Below, piece by piece: positions 32,211 to 40,710 of a DNA stretch of 64,000 nucleotides; the first letter of the stretch is position 1, and every line of letters starts with the position of its first letter. Below the pieces are notes generated by a model that did not search any database, was not told the DNA's origin, and worked only from the letters and a program-made list of their open reading frames with translations. Origin of the DNA: a virus; IMG/VR virus record IMGVR_UViG_3300021962_000059. One strand, written 5' to 3'. The position numbers and the translations under genes are program-made.

Positions 32211-35096
32211 TCAGGTACTTATATCCTGTAGATAACAGTTAGAAAATGGAATTGTAAAAGCGATCACAGACCCATTTAAGATAGTTTCTACCCTCAAAAG
32301 CCATTGATTGTCAAAAGTCACTTCGATAACTTTTCCGACTGCTCTTGGTGGGATAGTTCGCTCTCCTATCTCTATAGATGCACCCGTTCGCACTAATACC
32401 CTTTCTTTTTCAAGATCAGGAAGACTATCAATGTGTACACCATCAGCCGAGAACTCATCGACTGGCTCCGATTCAACTTCTACTATCTCAGGGTTAGAGA
32501 TCGGTTCATTTTTTGGAGTAGGAGTGGGAATCTGGACAATTTCCTCTTTTATTTCTGATTGATATTCCAGAGATTCGGGTTCTTCTATCTCAAAAGCTTC
32601 TAATTCTTTTGGCTCTTGATAGCGCAGTATCATGCCCCTTGATTTGACCTCTAATCGTCCATAGCCAGCTTGTTCTAACTGAGTAAGTAGGGTGCGGGCA
32701 ATAGAGGTGTTTACTTTTTCCCCGTTAATTTTACGCCCGCCGAATTTTTGGGCAACTTCCCGGGGTTTAATCTGTCCTGCGCTTTTGACAATCTCCCATA
32801 TCTCGGATAAGATTCCCTGTACCGGATTCTCATCCTGAGAAGTAACCCCTTGAATTGTCAAGAATTGACTGATATAGAAGTCAGTCATCTTAGCAGCTTT
32901 TTTAGCTGTTTGTACTGGTATTTTATAGAGGTCGGTATTATCTGGATCAAATATCCAGTTCAATAGATGGATTGCCAGAGTAAGCCTTAAGAAAGTCTTC
33001 ATCTGTTTCCCTATATAAGAAGCAAATGATGGATTAATCGCCCGATACTTTTTGATAAGCATCTCGTAATGATACTTAATACCGAAGGCATAATCCTCTC
33101 CAGTTTCGGTAAACCAACAATTATAAGGATCGACGATTCCATCTTCATCAGCTTCTAGATTAATCCCGCTGATTTGATTGATAATATTTTGGATGCACTC
33201 TTGAATCGAGTTAGGGTCTTCTGGCGGTCTCCCACGTTGAGGATCGAGGGGTTCATGCAATAGGAAAAGAAACCGAGAAACCAATCCATCTACATCATTA
33301 GATAGGTCTAAGTATTTTTGTACTTTCTGTATCTGTATCCCACCTAATATATTGATAGTTTGCCCATTCAGGAAATAGCGATTTTCCTCTTTTACCCTAT
33401 CAAAAGTATTTTGTACTGGATCATTCCAAGATGATAATAATCGTTGCCGGTCATTACCTTTACCGCCCGACCGGTATTGATTTAAGCCTTCAAATAATCC
33501 CGTTAACTCATCCGCTACCCACACCCCACCTTGCCAACGAGGTTGAGTGGACATCGTTTTCAGGACACCATCGAAAGTTCCTTCGTCATAAAACCAGCGA
33601 CGGGATTGACAGTTTTCTTTTTCGTAAAGACTAGGATTTACTTCAGCGTTTTCTTTGTGTATGCTACGCTCTTCGCGGGTCATTTCTGCCCATTCTGCTT
33701 TTAATTCTTTTAGCCTAGCTTGCTTTTTAGAGAGCCTTTCTAACTCATCTAAGTCCTTTCTTTTTAATACCTTGTAAATTTCTTTTTGAGTAGTAGTTTT
33801 CCCACTACTTACACCACCAGCATCAGCACAATAAAAAATCGGGTATTCTTTCCAGCACTCCCTTTCCCTTGCAGTAGTTCGGAGGTTAACTGCAAATCGA
33901 CTACCTAAGATAGCCCCTAATATTGGCCATAGGGAGTGTAGCAATCGGATTGGGGGCTGGTTAAGTGTTCTGGCGCGGGATATGATTGCCTCAGCTAAAG
34001 GTTGGGGTAATATTTGAAAAAGATCAATCTCTTTTTTCTGATAATGCTTACCCCTTAAAAAACCCTCTAATCCTGTTTTAATAGCGTCCCCTTCCGCTAT
34101 TTCTGTTTTACGAATTTCGATTAAATGCCGTATTTCTGTTGGCTTTTTACCAGTGGCTTTTGCCCATAAATCGACTTTTTCTTGCCATTGGGTTCTAGTG
34201 ATTTCCTCTTGTCCAATACAGCCGTCAATGGCTGTTATTAAGTCTTGGAAAGTCATAGTTTCTGTTACTGTGACTTCCTTCTCTTTTTTCTCCTTTACTT
34301 CTTTTGGTTTGTCAACTATCGAGGCTAATAGTTCTTTAAGATCAATTTTCTTTTCCTCAATCCAGTTGATGATATCTACCCCCTGAGAATCTGGCAAGTG
34401 ATTCCATATAAGAGAGTCTGGATAGGCATAAAGCCATTTTGCTTCTGGGAAATCTTGATAAATTTTCTGGCAGTGAGCTACTCCCCCTTTGTCACGGTCC
34501 GGGCATAAAACTAATTTTGCTCCCTTTAAAGCTTCTGTGTGAGACGGTTGCCATTTCTTTGATCCGCCTATATTGCAAGTGGCAACTAATCCAAAAGATT
34601 CAAGCTTTTCTACTTTAGTCTCACCCTCGACTATATAAATCGGAGTTCCTTCCTTGATAGCCTTTTCTAGGCGATCTGCGTGGTAAAGAGGTATATTTTT
34701 GTACTCAATATCACCTATGCCCCACTTCCAGTTTTTACCATTATCTGTAGAGTGCTGTTGTTTTATATCCTTTTTCCAAATACCATCTTCTTTGTAATCC
34801 TTCCGGTACACACGGACTCTCACCCCATTGGCAAGAGGGGGATAAAGGAAGTATTGGGTTTTTTCTTCTTTATAGGCAGAAAATTTGACTTCTTTTTTAA
34901 GATAGTAGAGCGGTGTACCCTCACTATCTACTTTGCTCGATTTTTCCCATCCTGGTGCGGGGTCATAGTTTCGTTTGCAGACTGAGATGGTATTGCCGTC
35001 ATCGGCTACATACATATAGCACCAATCGGGCTTGCCACAGTGGGGGCAAGGATTGTTTTTGTCGATCTTGACACGGTTAGAGTTTTGTGTTACCAT
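32211..35096 (-). CDS. DNA primase / helicase (Zn-binding N-terminus + Toprim + P-loop NTPase domain)
   Basis: 961 aa. CPHCGKPDWC...VCKR, Toprim motifs IYIVEGETKVEKL and LCPDRDKGG, and Walker A DAGGVSSGKTT. Confidence 0.8.
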   Translation of the reverse strand: MVTQNSNRVKIDKNNPCPHCGKPDWCYMYVADDGNTISVCKRNYDPAPGWEKSSKVDSEGTPLYYLKKEVKFSAYKEEKTQYFLYPPLANGVRVRVYRKDYKEDGIWKKDIKQQHSTDNGKNWKWGIGDIEYKNIPLYHADRLEKAIKEGTPIYIVEGETKVEKLESFGLVATCNIGGSKKWQPSHTEALKGAKLVLCPDRDKGGVAHCQKIYQDFPEAKWLYAYPDSLIWNHLPDSQGVDIINWIEEKKIDLKELLASIVDKPKEVKEKKEKEVTVTETMTFQDLITAIDGCIGQEEITRTQWQEKVDLWAKATGKKPTEIRHLIEIRKTEIAEGDAIKTGLEGFLRGKHYQKKEIDLFQILPQPLAEAIISRARTLNQPPIRLLHSLWPILGAILGSRFAVNLRTTARERECWKEYPIFYCADAGGVSSGKTTTQKEIYKVLKRKDLDELERLSKKQARLKELKAEWAEMTREERSIHKENAEVNPSLYEKENCQSRRWFYDEGTFDGVLKTMSTQPRWQGGVWVADELTGLFEGLNQYRSGGKGNDRQRLLSSWNDPVQNTFDRVKEENRYFLNGQTINILGGIQIQKVQKYLDLSNDVDGLVSRFLFLLHEPLDPQRGRPPEDPNSIQECIQNIINQISGINLEADEDGIVDPYNCWFTETGEDYAFGIKYHYEMLIKKYRAINPSFASYIGKQMKTFLRLTLAIHLLNWIFDPDNTDLYKIPVQTAKKAAKMTDFYISQFLTIQGVTSQDENPVQGILSEIWEIVKSAGQIKPREVAQKFGGRKINGEKVNTSIARTLLTQLEQAGYGRLEVKSRGMILRYQEPKELEAFEIEEPESLEYQSEIKEEIVQIPTPTPKNEPISNPEIVEVESEPVDEFSADGVHIDSLPDLEKERVLVRTGASIEIGERTIPPRAVGKVIEVTFDNQWLLRVETILNGSVIAFTIPFSNCYLQDIST
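35068..35096 (+). promoter_or_regulatory. Possible + strand promoter TTGACA-N17-TACCAT, antisense to the primase start
   Basis: The -10 overlaps the primase ATG (35094..35096). A + oriented terminator follows ~35 nt downstream. Confidence 0.3.
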
Positions 35097-35102
35097 AGCT
35101 TT

Positions 35103-35153
35103 ATATGAAAAGTGTTTTGTTTACACGACCCGCCTCCAAGCGGGTTTTTTATT
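35103..35153 (+). ncRNA. Candidate ~50-nt antisense RNA complementary to the primase 5' leader
   Basis: It ends in the hairpin ACCCGC-CTCCAA-GCGGGT (35128..35145) plus TTTTTATT. The T-run exists on the + strand only. Confidence 0.3.
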
Positions 35154-35235
35154 GGGTAGATGGAGTGGTAGGGAACAAATCAAAGTATTTACTATCCTAG
35201 CAGAATTTTCTTGATCGGTAAATACTACACTTGCA

Positions 35236-35484
35236 CTACACCTGCAAATCCTTGCTACGCTTAGGTTTTAGGCTATGCAAAGAGTTGTAAAACGCGGCTT
35301 CCCCCTCTTTCCTTGCATTGAGTTCGGTATCAACGGGAATGATAAGGTAGGATTTTAGTGCAATTTCGATCACCTCTGGAGTTTTCAAACCTAAAATCTC
35401 GGCTCTTTGGCACATCTCAGCCCATAACTCTTTTTTTACTCGGACTGACACAACTTTTATAGGGGCATCTTGATTAACAGACAT
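35236..35484 (-). CDS. Ribbon-helix-helix (CopG/Arc-like) regulator
   Basis: 82 aa. KVVSVRVKKELWAEMCQRAEILGLKTPEVIEIALKSYL follows the beta-strand/helix/helix pattern. Divergent from the XRE gene. Confidence 0.6.
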   Translation of the reverse strand: MSVNQDAPIKVVSVRVKKELWAEMCQRAEILGLKTPEVIEIALKSYLIIPVDTELNARKEGEAAFYNSLHSLKPKRSKDLQV

Positions 35485-35499
35485 AGATTAAGCTATGAA

Positions 35500-35524
35500 A
35501 TACAGAATTTTCTGTATTATACCA
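35500..35524 (-). promoter_or_regulatory. Extended -10 promoter (TGGTATAAT) with an overlapping 18-bp palindromic operator
   Basis: The minus strand reads TGGTATAAT at 35516..24. The perfect palindrome ATACAGAA-TT-TTCTGTAT (35500..35517) spans the -10/+1 region of the RHH gene. Confidence 0.55.
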
Positions 35525-35543
35525 CAAAAGTTGAGTTTGGCTA

Positions 35544-35576
35544 TAAGTTTTTTGTAAGTTTTTTGTAAGTTTTTTG
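35544..35576 (+). repeat. Three perfect tandem copies of the 11-mer TAAGTTTTTTG (phased T6 tracts)
   Basis: Copies at 35544, 35555 and 35566, with degenerate copies at 35577 and 35587. They overlap the -35 (TTGTAA, 35563..68) of a putative + promoter with -10 TAAGAT (35587..92). The same 11-mer array recurs inverted at 42137..42170. Confidence 0.8.
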
Positions 35577-35619
35577 TAAGGTAGTGTAAGATAAGGGTAT
35601 CTTATCAAAATATGATTTT

Positions 35620-36225
35620 ATGGCTACACCACGGTTTAATAGTGACGGGACACCTCGCAAGCGAGTCAAGGCTTCGGCTCTGACAGAAAAAGGTATAGTG
35701 CGAATGGCTGGCACTATCAAGGGAAAGCGGCTAAGCTTGGGCATGACTCAAGCTGAGTTTACCGAGTGGATATTGAAAGAAGGTAAGCGGTTGGGCTTGC
35801 CTGGCACAGAATTTTCTAATGGCGCAATTCAGAACTGGGAGCTAAAAAATATCGCTAGTTGCCCTGATCTAGGGAATATGCGGCTGTTGGCTGCTGTATT
35901 TGGGCTTGATACGGATTCTTTTGTGAACTATCTTAATGGTGATTGGCCGACAATTCAGGATTTTCTCAAAGACCCAATCAATCAAAAAAAGGATTGTGTT
36001 AAGAATCCTAATCTAATCCCGGAACTTTTTCAGGAAGCTGATACTCAGGTCAAGGCAAAACTTGTAATCAAAGAAGTCGAGTCTCTTTATTCAAAACTGG
36101 ATGAGTTACAAAAAATGATTAAAGAGATCGATCTAGAGGATGTAAAGTCTTTTCTGTGTTCCGCCCCAAAGGAATTACAGAAAGAAGTTTACCAATATTT
36201 ACAGGAGAAACTAATCGGAGCGTAA
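35620..36225 (+). CDS. XRE/cI-family HTH transcriptional regulator
   Basis: 201 aa. IKGKRLSLGMTQAEFTEWI...SNGAIQNWELKN is a classic XRE HTH, and the C-terminal region is helical. Confidence 0.75.
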   Translation: MATPRFNSDGTPRKRVKASALTEKGIVRMAGTIKGKRLSLGMTQAEFTEWILKEGKRLGLPGTEFSNGAIQNWELKNIASCPDLGNMRLLAAVFGLDTDSFVNYLNGDWPTIQDFLKDPINQKKDCVKNPNLIPELFQEADTQVKAKLVIKEVESLYSKLDELQKMIKEIDLEDVKSFLCSAPKELQKEVYQYLQEKLIGA

Positions 36226-36228
36226 CAG

Positions 36229-36258
36229 AAAAAACAGAGGGTTAACCCTCTGTTTTTT
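36229..36258. terminator. Bidirectional intrinsic terminator between convergent genes
   Basis: AAAAAA-CAGAGGG-TTAA-CCCTCTG-TTTTTT. Confidence 0.8.
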
Positions 36259-36267
36259 CTTTGAAAT

Positions 36268-36630
36268 TCATTCAAACATATCATTTGTTGCTTGATATGT
36301 CCTAACTGGAGTAAATCCTTCTTTATCTTTTCGGTTAATTCCGTAGGCACTCAAGTACGGACCACAAAGGGGAACAACTTCTAGATGTCTGTAATAATTC
36401 TCTAAGTTCCATCGGCTACCATCAGAAAATTCGTAAACTGTATATCCGTAAACTATTTCAATTTTTTCTACACTCCCAAGTATCCTTTTAGTGTGTTTAT
36501 TTCTAAAAATCTTTTTTTCTGCCCGTTGTTTTTCTTTTTCTATTTTTTCTGGACTCAGATGTACGGGGTCAGGACAAGGCCACTCTATCTCACGGGCGGG
36601 ACAATCTAAAGCCACAAAATTTAAAAACAT
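36268..36630 (-). CDS. Hypothetical protein
   Basis: 120-aa ORF at the end of the operon; no motif recognised. Confidence 0.5.
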   Translation of the reverse strand: MFLNFVALDCPAREIEWPCPDPVHLSPEKIEKEKQRAEKKIFRNKHTKRILGSVEKIEIVYGYTVYEFSDGSRWNLENYYRHLEVVPLCGPYLSAYGINRKDKEGFTPVRTYQATNDMFE

Positions 36631-36667
36631 AATGAGTTACTCCTAATTCATTTGATTTTTTGACTAA

Positions 36668-36958
36668 TTACTGATCACTTACTTCTGATAACTGACGACT
36701 TACTTCTGCTATCTGATAACTAAGAATTTGCATATCAAATGTCTTGCACTCTATCTCAATTAATAAAACTTTAATCGTTTCTAATGCACATCTTGCTTCT
36801 ACACAGTCTAAAGACGCTAATTTATCGAGCATCTGTTTATAGAGGATAGCTTTTTCCTTTTTATTGAAGCCACTAGCATCTTCTAACTCTAATAATCTTT
36901 CGATCATTTCTTGAAGCTGAGAAGAGGCTGGCTCATTTAAGATCAGTGGTTCTGTCAT
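36668..36958 (-). CDS. Hypothetical helical protein (PF5, paralog of 37014..37244)
   Basis: 96 aa. KKEKAILYKQMLDKLASL...ALETIKVLLIEIE compared with KKERLEFFNQMLEELLTI...ALNTIKALLSKLD. The 3' end is built from heptamer repeats (EVSRQLSEVSDQ). Confidence 0.5.
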   Translation of the reverse strand: MTEPLILNEPASSQLQEMIERLLELEDASGFNKKEKAILYKQMLDKLASLDCVEARCALETIKVLLIEIECKTFDMQILSYQIAEVSRQLSEVSDQ

Positions 36959-37013
36959 TACCTTACTCCTAATTGTTTTGATTTTTGACTGATAACTGAT
37001 AGCTGATTCTAGA

Positions 37014-37244
37014 CTAATCTAACTTAGATAACAAAGCTTTAATTGTATTTAATGCAATGCCTTCTGGTGTATATCTTGGTACAGATGATATAGTCAATAG
37101 CTCTTCAAGCATCTGATTAAAAAATTCTAATCGTTCCTTTTTATCGGAGAAAGGAAAAACTAAATCACCAACTGTATCTGTTAGTTTTTTGGCCATCAAC
37201 GAAATTTGAGGATCGCGTGCGTAATAGTCAATTTTTTGGCTCAT
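37014..37244 (-). CDS. Hypothetical helical protein (PF5)
   Basis: 76 aa; see 36668..36958. Confidence 0.5.
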   Translation of the reverse strand: MSQKIDYYARDPQISLMAKKLTDTVGDLVFPFSDKKERLEFFNQMLEELLTISSVPRYTPEGIALNTIKALLSKLD

Positions 37245-37296
37245 TGTTTTTCTCTAATTTATTTAATAATTTTTTACTGATAACTGACAACTAATT

Positions 37297-38358
37297 TTAA
37301 CTCAATCTTTCTACAAAATCAATGACTTTTCCCCATAACTCTTTAGGGAAATCTACGGTCATTGTATTATCGCTTGTTTGCCTTGCGTTCCCCTCGTTTA
37401 CTAGAGTGATTAGCAGACCCTTAGCCTCTTTAGCTTTGGGAGGAAGTTTAATTGGTTTTGGCTCTAATTCGTCGCTGGGTTTTACACTTCCATCAGAGTC
37501 TAGAAAACTTGGATTCTTAGACTCTATAAAGTTGGCTGTTATCGATTGAACCAATTCTCCAGTGGCTTTTATTCCTTTTTCTTCTGCTATAGCTACAGTC
37601 TCCAAAAGGACATTTTCTTTCTCTGAAAGTGTTAGTTCATTTTTCCTCACAAGGTTGTGTAAAGTCGTTTCGGATACCTTACCTTCGATTGCTTTTAATG
37701 TCGAAGCAGACATCGAAGAAATCTCTAGAGTTCGATCATATTCTGATTGTTTCCATCCTGTTTTTTTGCAAAACTGTTGACGGGATTCGTCTTCGGTGAA
37801 ACCTTCTAATCTGTCCTCGTGTAAATGTCTTTTAATCAATTTCGCCTTGTCATACACCGATAGTTTTTCGCTGTCAGTGCCGTAACTTAGCATTTGATAC
37901 TCTAAGTCCCGGACGGTCAGACCTGCTACTAGAGGCTTAATAATCGCCGAAACATTAGGAACAATAATCCCTCGAGAGGCTAAAAGTAACCAAGCTAATA
38001 CCCTTCGATGCCCGTCCATAGGAAACAATCTATCACCGTCCGCAATTAAGTGCAAGGGTTGATGGATTACTCCTGATGCTAGTATCCTGTCAGCTAATTC
38101 TTGAATCAAATCCAAATCGTAGGCGATACGGGTATTCCATCCGTTTTCGCCAGAAATAGACTCAATTAGGTCTTGACTAAAGGTTAAGGGAGTTTCGTTA
38201 GGTAGGACGTGCATTTTGCGGTCGTCATACAGTCCTATCCTCGGACCGATGAAGTCACGATTGGCTAACCTGAAAGAAATTAGTCGAGGATCAACTACGA
38301 TTAATTCTCCCCGTGCAGAGCCGTAAGCTCTGATTTTGTCTCTTGAATTTGTACTCAT
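37297..38358 (-). CDS. ParB/Srx-fold (ParB N-terminal nuclease-like) domain protein
   Basis: 353 aa. GVIHQPLHLIADGDRLFPMDGHRRVLAWLL resembles the ParB box (…QP…DGxxYxxxDGHHR). Confidence 0.7.
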   Translation of the reverse strand: MSTNSRDKIRAYGSARGELIVVDPRLISFRLANRDFIGPRIGLYDDRKMHVLPNETPLTFSQDLIESISGENGWNTRIAYDLDLIQELADRILASGVIHQPLHLIADGDRLFPMDGHRRVLAWLLLASRGIIVPNVSAIIKPLVAGLTVRDLEYQMLSYGTDSEKLSVYDKAKLIKRHLHEDRLEGFTEDESRQQFCKKTGWKQSEYDRTLEISSMSASTLKAIEGKVSETTLHNLVRKNELTLSEKENVLLETVAIAEEKGIKATGELVQSITANFIESKNPSFLDSDGSVKPSDELEPKPIKLPPKAKEAKGLLITLVNEGNARQTSDNTMTVDFPKELWGKVIDFVERLS

Positions 38359-38363
38359 GTGTT

Positions 38364-38783
38364 TTACTCCTTAGATGTGTTTGGTTTGTAAGGCCAACTG
38401 TGATATGTTCCGTATATTTCTTTGTAGTCACCCTCGACTACAAAGTTAGAGGCTATTGCTATAGAAAGCATAAACAAGTTAGCATCTGTCTTTAATTGTT
38501 TAGGAATAAAAACATCTGTCTTGCAAAAAGCAAGAAATAACCACACCCAAAATGTTATTTTCTTTGTAATAGATTGATTCCAATCGTAATTATCAAGAAG
38601 AAGACAATCCATTATATTGCCTTTGATTGCGGATTTATAAAACAGTTCTAAATAGTCTAATTTAGGATTCTGCTTCACTTCTAATACTAAAGCGTCAACG
38701 TATTGTTTAGCTTCGATAGGCAGTCTATCGTATTGTTTCCGAACTAGCATTGCGCGTCGAATGTCCATTTGTTGAATGTCCAT
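38364..38783 (-). CDS. Paralog family 2 (PF2) member
   Basis: 139 aa. EAKQYVDALVLEVKQNP ... FWVWLFLAFCKTDVFIPKQLKTDANLFMLSIAIASNFVVEGDY. Confidence 0.6.
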   Translation of the reverse strand: MDIQQMDIRRAMLVRKQYDRLPIEAKQYVDALVLEVKQNPKLDYLELFYKSAIKGNIMDCLLLDNYDWNQSITKKITFWVWLFLAFCKTDVFIPKQLKTDANLFMLSIAIASNFVVEGDYKEIYGTYHSWPYKPNTSKE

Positions 38784-38825
38784 TGGGTTACTCCTGTTTT
38801 AGATTATTTTTAGTTGTTTCTTGCT

Positions 38826-39224
38826 TTATTCGTAGTCCCAATCATAGGGAGGTTCGTTGACATAACCTTCTTCTACAAAATAACTAGCTATAACAAGAGA
38901 TTGCAGAAGAAGACAATAGTTTTCTTTGAGAATTCTAGGTATTACTACACCTGTTAGTAACGAATACAGAAACAGGAATATCCTAGTTTTTAAGTACCAA
39001 AAACACCCTCCTTCTCTGAAAAGATCAGCGTCAATAAATGCGCCGCTCAAAAGTACATCTATGCCACCTGTTTCGATTGCGCCATCATAAAATCCTTTTA
39101 ACACTGTTGATACAAAGGGCTTTTTCGATGCTCTGGTTGCTAAGCGATTGACGTAATGCTTGGCTTCTTTTGGTAACTCATCGTAACTTAAATCGATTAG
39201 TATTCGATAGGTTTGAGTGTTCAT
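38826..39224 (-). CDS. PF2 member
   Basis: 132 aa. EAKHYVNRLATRASKKP ... IFLFLYSLLTGVVIPRILKENYCLLLQSLVIASYFVEEGY. Confidence 0.6.
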   Translation of the reverse strand: MNTQTYRILIDLSYDELPKEAKHYVNRLATRASKKPFVSTVLKGFYDGAIETGGIDVLLSGAFIDADLFREGGCFWYLKTRIFLFLYSLLTGVVIPRILKENYCLLLQSLVIASYFVEEGYVNEPPYDWDYE

Positions 39225-39235
39225 TGTTTTACTCC

Positions 39236-39628
39236 TTAGTTGTTGTCGGTTATTTCTTTATACCAGCTTTTTTCTACTAGAAAAATCGACGCTAGTGTTA
39301 AAGCTTTTCTGAAAAGATGTGGATATTTCTTGAGAGGAGAAGGAATAGTAATTCCTGTACATATAGGCATAACAATAGTTACGACCCAAAACTTAAACCG
39401 ATTAATAAAAGAAAGATTCCATTTATCATCGGATAAATACGGATAGATGTATCCTTTTTGTATATCCCCTTCCCACCACCAGATTAATATCTCATTAGTT
39501 ACTTGACTGGTTTCAGATGCTTTTAACAAATCATCGATCCATTTTTTTGAGTCAAAAGATGATTCGAGGTATTTATTTTTAACTATAAGCTTAAGTAGTC
39601 GATTTTTGAATTGCGGGTTGATGTTCAT
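39236..39628 (-). CDS. PF2 member
   Basis: 130 aa. SKKWIDDLLKASETSQ ... FKFWVVTIVMPICTGITIPSPLKKYPHLFRKALTLASIFLVEKSW. Confidence 0.6.
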   Translation of the reverse strand: MNINPQFKNRLLKLIVKNKYLESSFDSKKWIDDLLKASETSQVTNEILIWWWEGDIQKGYIYPYLSDDKWNLSFINRFKFWVVTIVMPICTGITIPSPLKKYPHLFRKALTLASIFLVEKSWYKEITDNN

Positions 39629-39683
39629 CGGTTTACTCCTTGATTGTGTTAATTATTGCTGACAACTGATAGCCAAAATCAAA

Positions 39684-39908
39684 CTATTGAAATTTATCAA
39701 CTGCCCCCCTTTTTTTTATTATTTCATCTGTTTTATCCATCATTATTGATGTAAAAAGGTCAAGAGCATCTTGGTTACTTTGCGCTAATGCCATTAACTC
39801 TTCTGGGTTAGATTTCATGAAAATATCTAAATTAGTAGCCATGATAGATAAAGCTTCAATTTTTCGCTTTAAACTCCAATCTTTCGTTAATTTTTCTTCA
39901 TGTGTCAC
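39684..39908 (-). CDS. Hypothetical small protein
   Basis: 74-aa ORF with a GGGAG SD. Confidence 0.5.
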   Translation of the reverse strand: MTHEEKLTKDWSLKRKIEALSIMATNLDIFMKSNPEELMALAQSNQDALDLFTSIMMDKTDEIIKKRGAVDKFQ

Positions 39909-39971
39909 TGTTTTACTCCCTAATTGTGTTAATTCTTACTGATAACTAATAACTGATAACTAATCAGACTT

Positions 39972-40628
39972 CTAAATACGCCAATCGCTTTCGACTAAAC
40001 GCGTTGAAGCTAACAGTAACGCCCTTTTAAAAAGAACGAAATCTTTCCTGATTGATTGTGGTATAGAGATTCCCGTATAAATAGGAATAAAAGTCGTGAG
40101 TCCCCAAAATTTAAGAGCGTCAATGAAAGAAAGGTTAATGCCTTCTATTTGCCCGCTCCCTTGCCAGTACCACCACTCTAAAAGCTGTTTAACTCTTGGA
40201 TTAGTAGATGATTCTAGAATATTAACCCATTTTTTTGCGTCGTCAGACAAGTTGTCGTAGGTATTCTTTGAATCATACTCAAAAGATTTACTTATTTCCA
40301 AATCATTCCAATCAAAACCCCACTTTTTAACACAGACCGTGAGGACTGGAAAAGAGGTAACTTTTCCTTTAATCCAGATATAATGTTTGCCTGGTTTTAA
40401 TGAGTCTATCAAGGTGATTTTTTCGAGAATAAACAAGTATGTTAAATCAAGCTTGATGGTTTCCCATGTAAATTTACACAGGATTTTAAAGTTCAAAGTT
40501 TGATCGGAATTTACATTGCTAACCTGTCCATACAAACAAATAGAATCATTACTTTTAACTAAGGCTTGTTGCACTTGATCAGCAGTCAGTTCTGTCCACC
40601 AACCACGGCTTAAAAGATTCATGTTCAA
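39972..40628 (-). CDS. PF2 member with a ~110-aa N-terminal extension
   Basis: 218 aa. The C-terminal half reads DAKKWVNILESSTNP ... LKFWGLTTFIPIYTGISIPQSIRKDFVLFKRALLLASTRLVESDW. Confidence 0.6.
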   Translation of the reverse strand: MNMNLLSRGWWTELTADQVQQALVKSNDSICLYGQVSNVNSDQTLNFKILCKFTWETIKLDLTYLFILEKITLIDSLKPGKHYIWIKGKVTSFPVLTVCVKKWGFDWNDLEISKSFEYDSKNTYDNLSDDAKKWVNILESSTNPRVKQLLEWWYWQGSGQIEGINLSFIDALKFWGLTTFIPIYTGISIPQSIRKDFVLFKRALLLASTRLVESDWRI

Positions 40629-40710
40629 TACTCCTTGATTTCTATTTTTAGATTTTTCAGTTCTTCGAGCTTTTTTTCAGTTTGTTTAATTGCTTTAAGT
40701 CTTTTTTCTT

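Noticed and set aside
35541-35744. The minus-strand 67-aa ORF overlapping the 11-mer repeats and the start of the XRE gene.
   Set aside because: It is translated partly from the T-tract repeat array, has no SD, and overlaps a well-supported HTH gene on the other strand.
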